A stretch of DNA of 63,508 bases, filler included, from Reclinomonas americana ATCC 50394 (taxonomy: Eukaryota): NCBI GenBank assembly GCA_048213135.1. It is 7 parts of 2 records of this genome, joined end to end, with 100 filler letters (N's around TTAATTAATTAA, not from the genome) between each part and the next. Parts side by side here need not be neighbours in the genome. Positions count along the whole stretch, not along the records: positions 60,383 to 63,508 come from PS015070.1; 6 more parts are not named here. One strand, written 5' to 3'. The notes beneath the pieces were generated by a model. It searched no databases. It worked only from the letters and a program-made list of their open reading frames with translations, and was not told where the DNA came from. A program made the translations under genes and the position numbers. Each line of letters starts with the position of its first letter. Position 1 is the first letter of the stretch. Positions 62,295 to 63,508 of this stretch are shown here, in pieces.

Positions 62295-63391
62295 TCACGT
62301 CACCGGCCGCTTGACCACGAGCCGAGAGACGAGATAGGTCGAGCGCAACACACTGGCCAGTTCGGATACCGCCTGTCGAAGCAGAAGCATTGTCAGCATC
62401 TCCCCCAGCCGCCGCTCTTTTCCTTTATCCGCGCCACTCACCTCCTTGTCGACTTGCCGATTGGCGCCAATGTCGAGTGTCTTTAGCGACTTGTGCGCAA
62501 ACGCGGCACGGGTCAGCGACTGCACGCCGGCGGCATCAAAAATGTTGCTGTGCAGGTTGAGCGAGCGCAGCGTGTTGTTGCCCTGCAGGCCCTTGGCGAG
62601 GCCGTCGAGCCCAATGTTGCCAATGCCGGTGCCACTCAGGTCGAGCGAGCGCAGTGATTTGGTCTGCTGCAGACCGCGCGCCAGCGCCAGTGCGCCGTCG
62701 TCACCGAGAGCGTTGTGCGCCAGCGACATGCGCTTCAGCACCTGCGAGGTGCCGAGTGCCACCTCCAGGGCCGCTGCACCGCCCGGCCCGATCTTGTTGT
62801 GCGACAGGTCGAGCACAAACAGCGAGACACTGACACGCACAAAGTCGGCGACGGCCGCCGCCCCCTCGTCGCCAATCTCGTTGTACGACAGGTCAAAGGT
62901 GGAGAGGGAGATGTTAATGTACAGTTGGGTGATGAGGGCGAGCACGCCGGCGTCGGAGATGCGGTTGTTGGCCAGCGACAGCGTGTGTATTCCTGAAAAA
63001 GAGAGTGAGCGAAAAAAAAGGAAGAAGATCTACATGTGGCAGGGCGCGCGCAACTCGAATTGCGTGACACCGCCTCGCCGAGAATATCCATGAACGCGTC
63101 GGTGAGGTGCGTGTGATGCAAGTACACACTGGTCACGTGCTGCACGCGCACAATGGTGTCGCAGATGGCGCGACAGCCACCGAGCGTCATGGACGACTCC
63201 ACCAGGCGCAAGTCATGCTGGAACTCGTCGGCCAGCGACTGCCCCACGCTGATGCTCGGTTCCGCGCCGAGCCGCTCACAGTCCGTAATGTAGTTGGCGA
63301 TCATCACCGAGCACCGCAACGCCGACATCCACGTCTCGCGCTCCAGCGGTGACAGCGCCGCCATGAAGAGCACACGTTCGGAGCTCTCCAC
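62295..63391 (-). CDS. PH-domain end followed by RNI-like leucine-rich repeats (5' part outside the window)
   Basis: RVLFMAALSPLERETWMSALR (PH C-terminal helix); LRRs FDLSYNEIGDEGA, LDLSHNKIGPGGA, MSLAHNALGDDGA and LDLSGTGIGNIG. Confidence 0.8.
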
Positions 63392-63508
63392 ACTGCGGCA
63401 GCTGTGTTATGAGAAGGAAGGGGAGGGACAAGGAGAAGGAAAGAGGAGGAGGAGGAGGAGGAGGAGGAGGAGGAGAAGAAGAAGAAGAAGAGAGAGAGAG
63501 AGAGAGAG

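Noticed and set aside
1-63508. tRNA, rRNA, snRNA genes or mobile-element ORFs
   Set aside because: None was recognisable by eye; covariance-model searches would be needed to exclude small RNAs.

Overview
This is gene-dense, intron-rich eukaryotic genomic DNA, most likely from a flagellated protist (it has a CFAP52-like gene and a meiotic HORMA gene). The organism cannot be named from sequence alone. It is a draft assembly with N gaps, six artificial N-TTAATTAATTAA-N linkers and several contigs placed in the wrong orientation, which splits the countin, TRAPPC8 and polyQ genes across both strands. About 27 protein genes were reconstructed by manual splicing: countin-like, an uncharacterised secreted GH-like protein, eIF3h, MECR-like reductase, presequence-bearing rubrerythrin, three tandem ABM-like barrel genes, TRAPPC8, SLC44, RhoGAP, a triple winged-HTH protein, RNase Z, an intronless class-1A DHODH/dihydrouracil-oxidase-like enzyme, a trypsin pseudo-protease, CFAP52-like, EF-hand, CUE-Smr, Hop1, a divergent importin-7/8 and PH-LRR, plus orphans. 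The most striking signal is in the splicing code. Roughly 35-45 introns (manual count) use a one-base-shifted donor, H|GTT[GTCA][CA]G, mostly GTTGCG. I saw it only where the last exon base is not G, alongside ordinary donors such as G|GTGCG and G|GTGAG. Three 2-3 nt micro-exons are also inferred from conserved protein motifs. All gene models and family calls come from reading and motif recognition, not database searches; boundaries are approximate.
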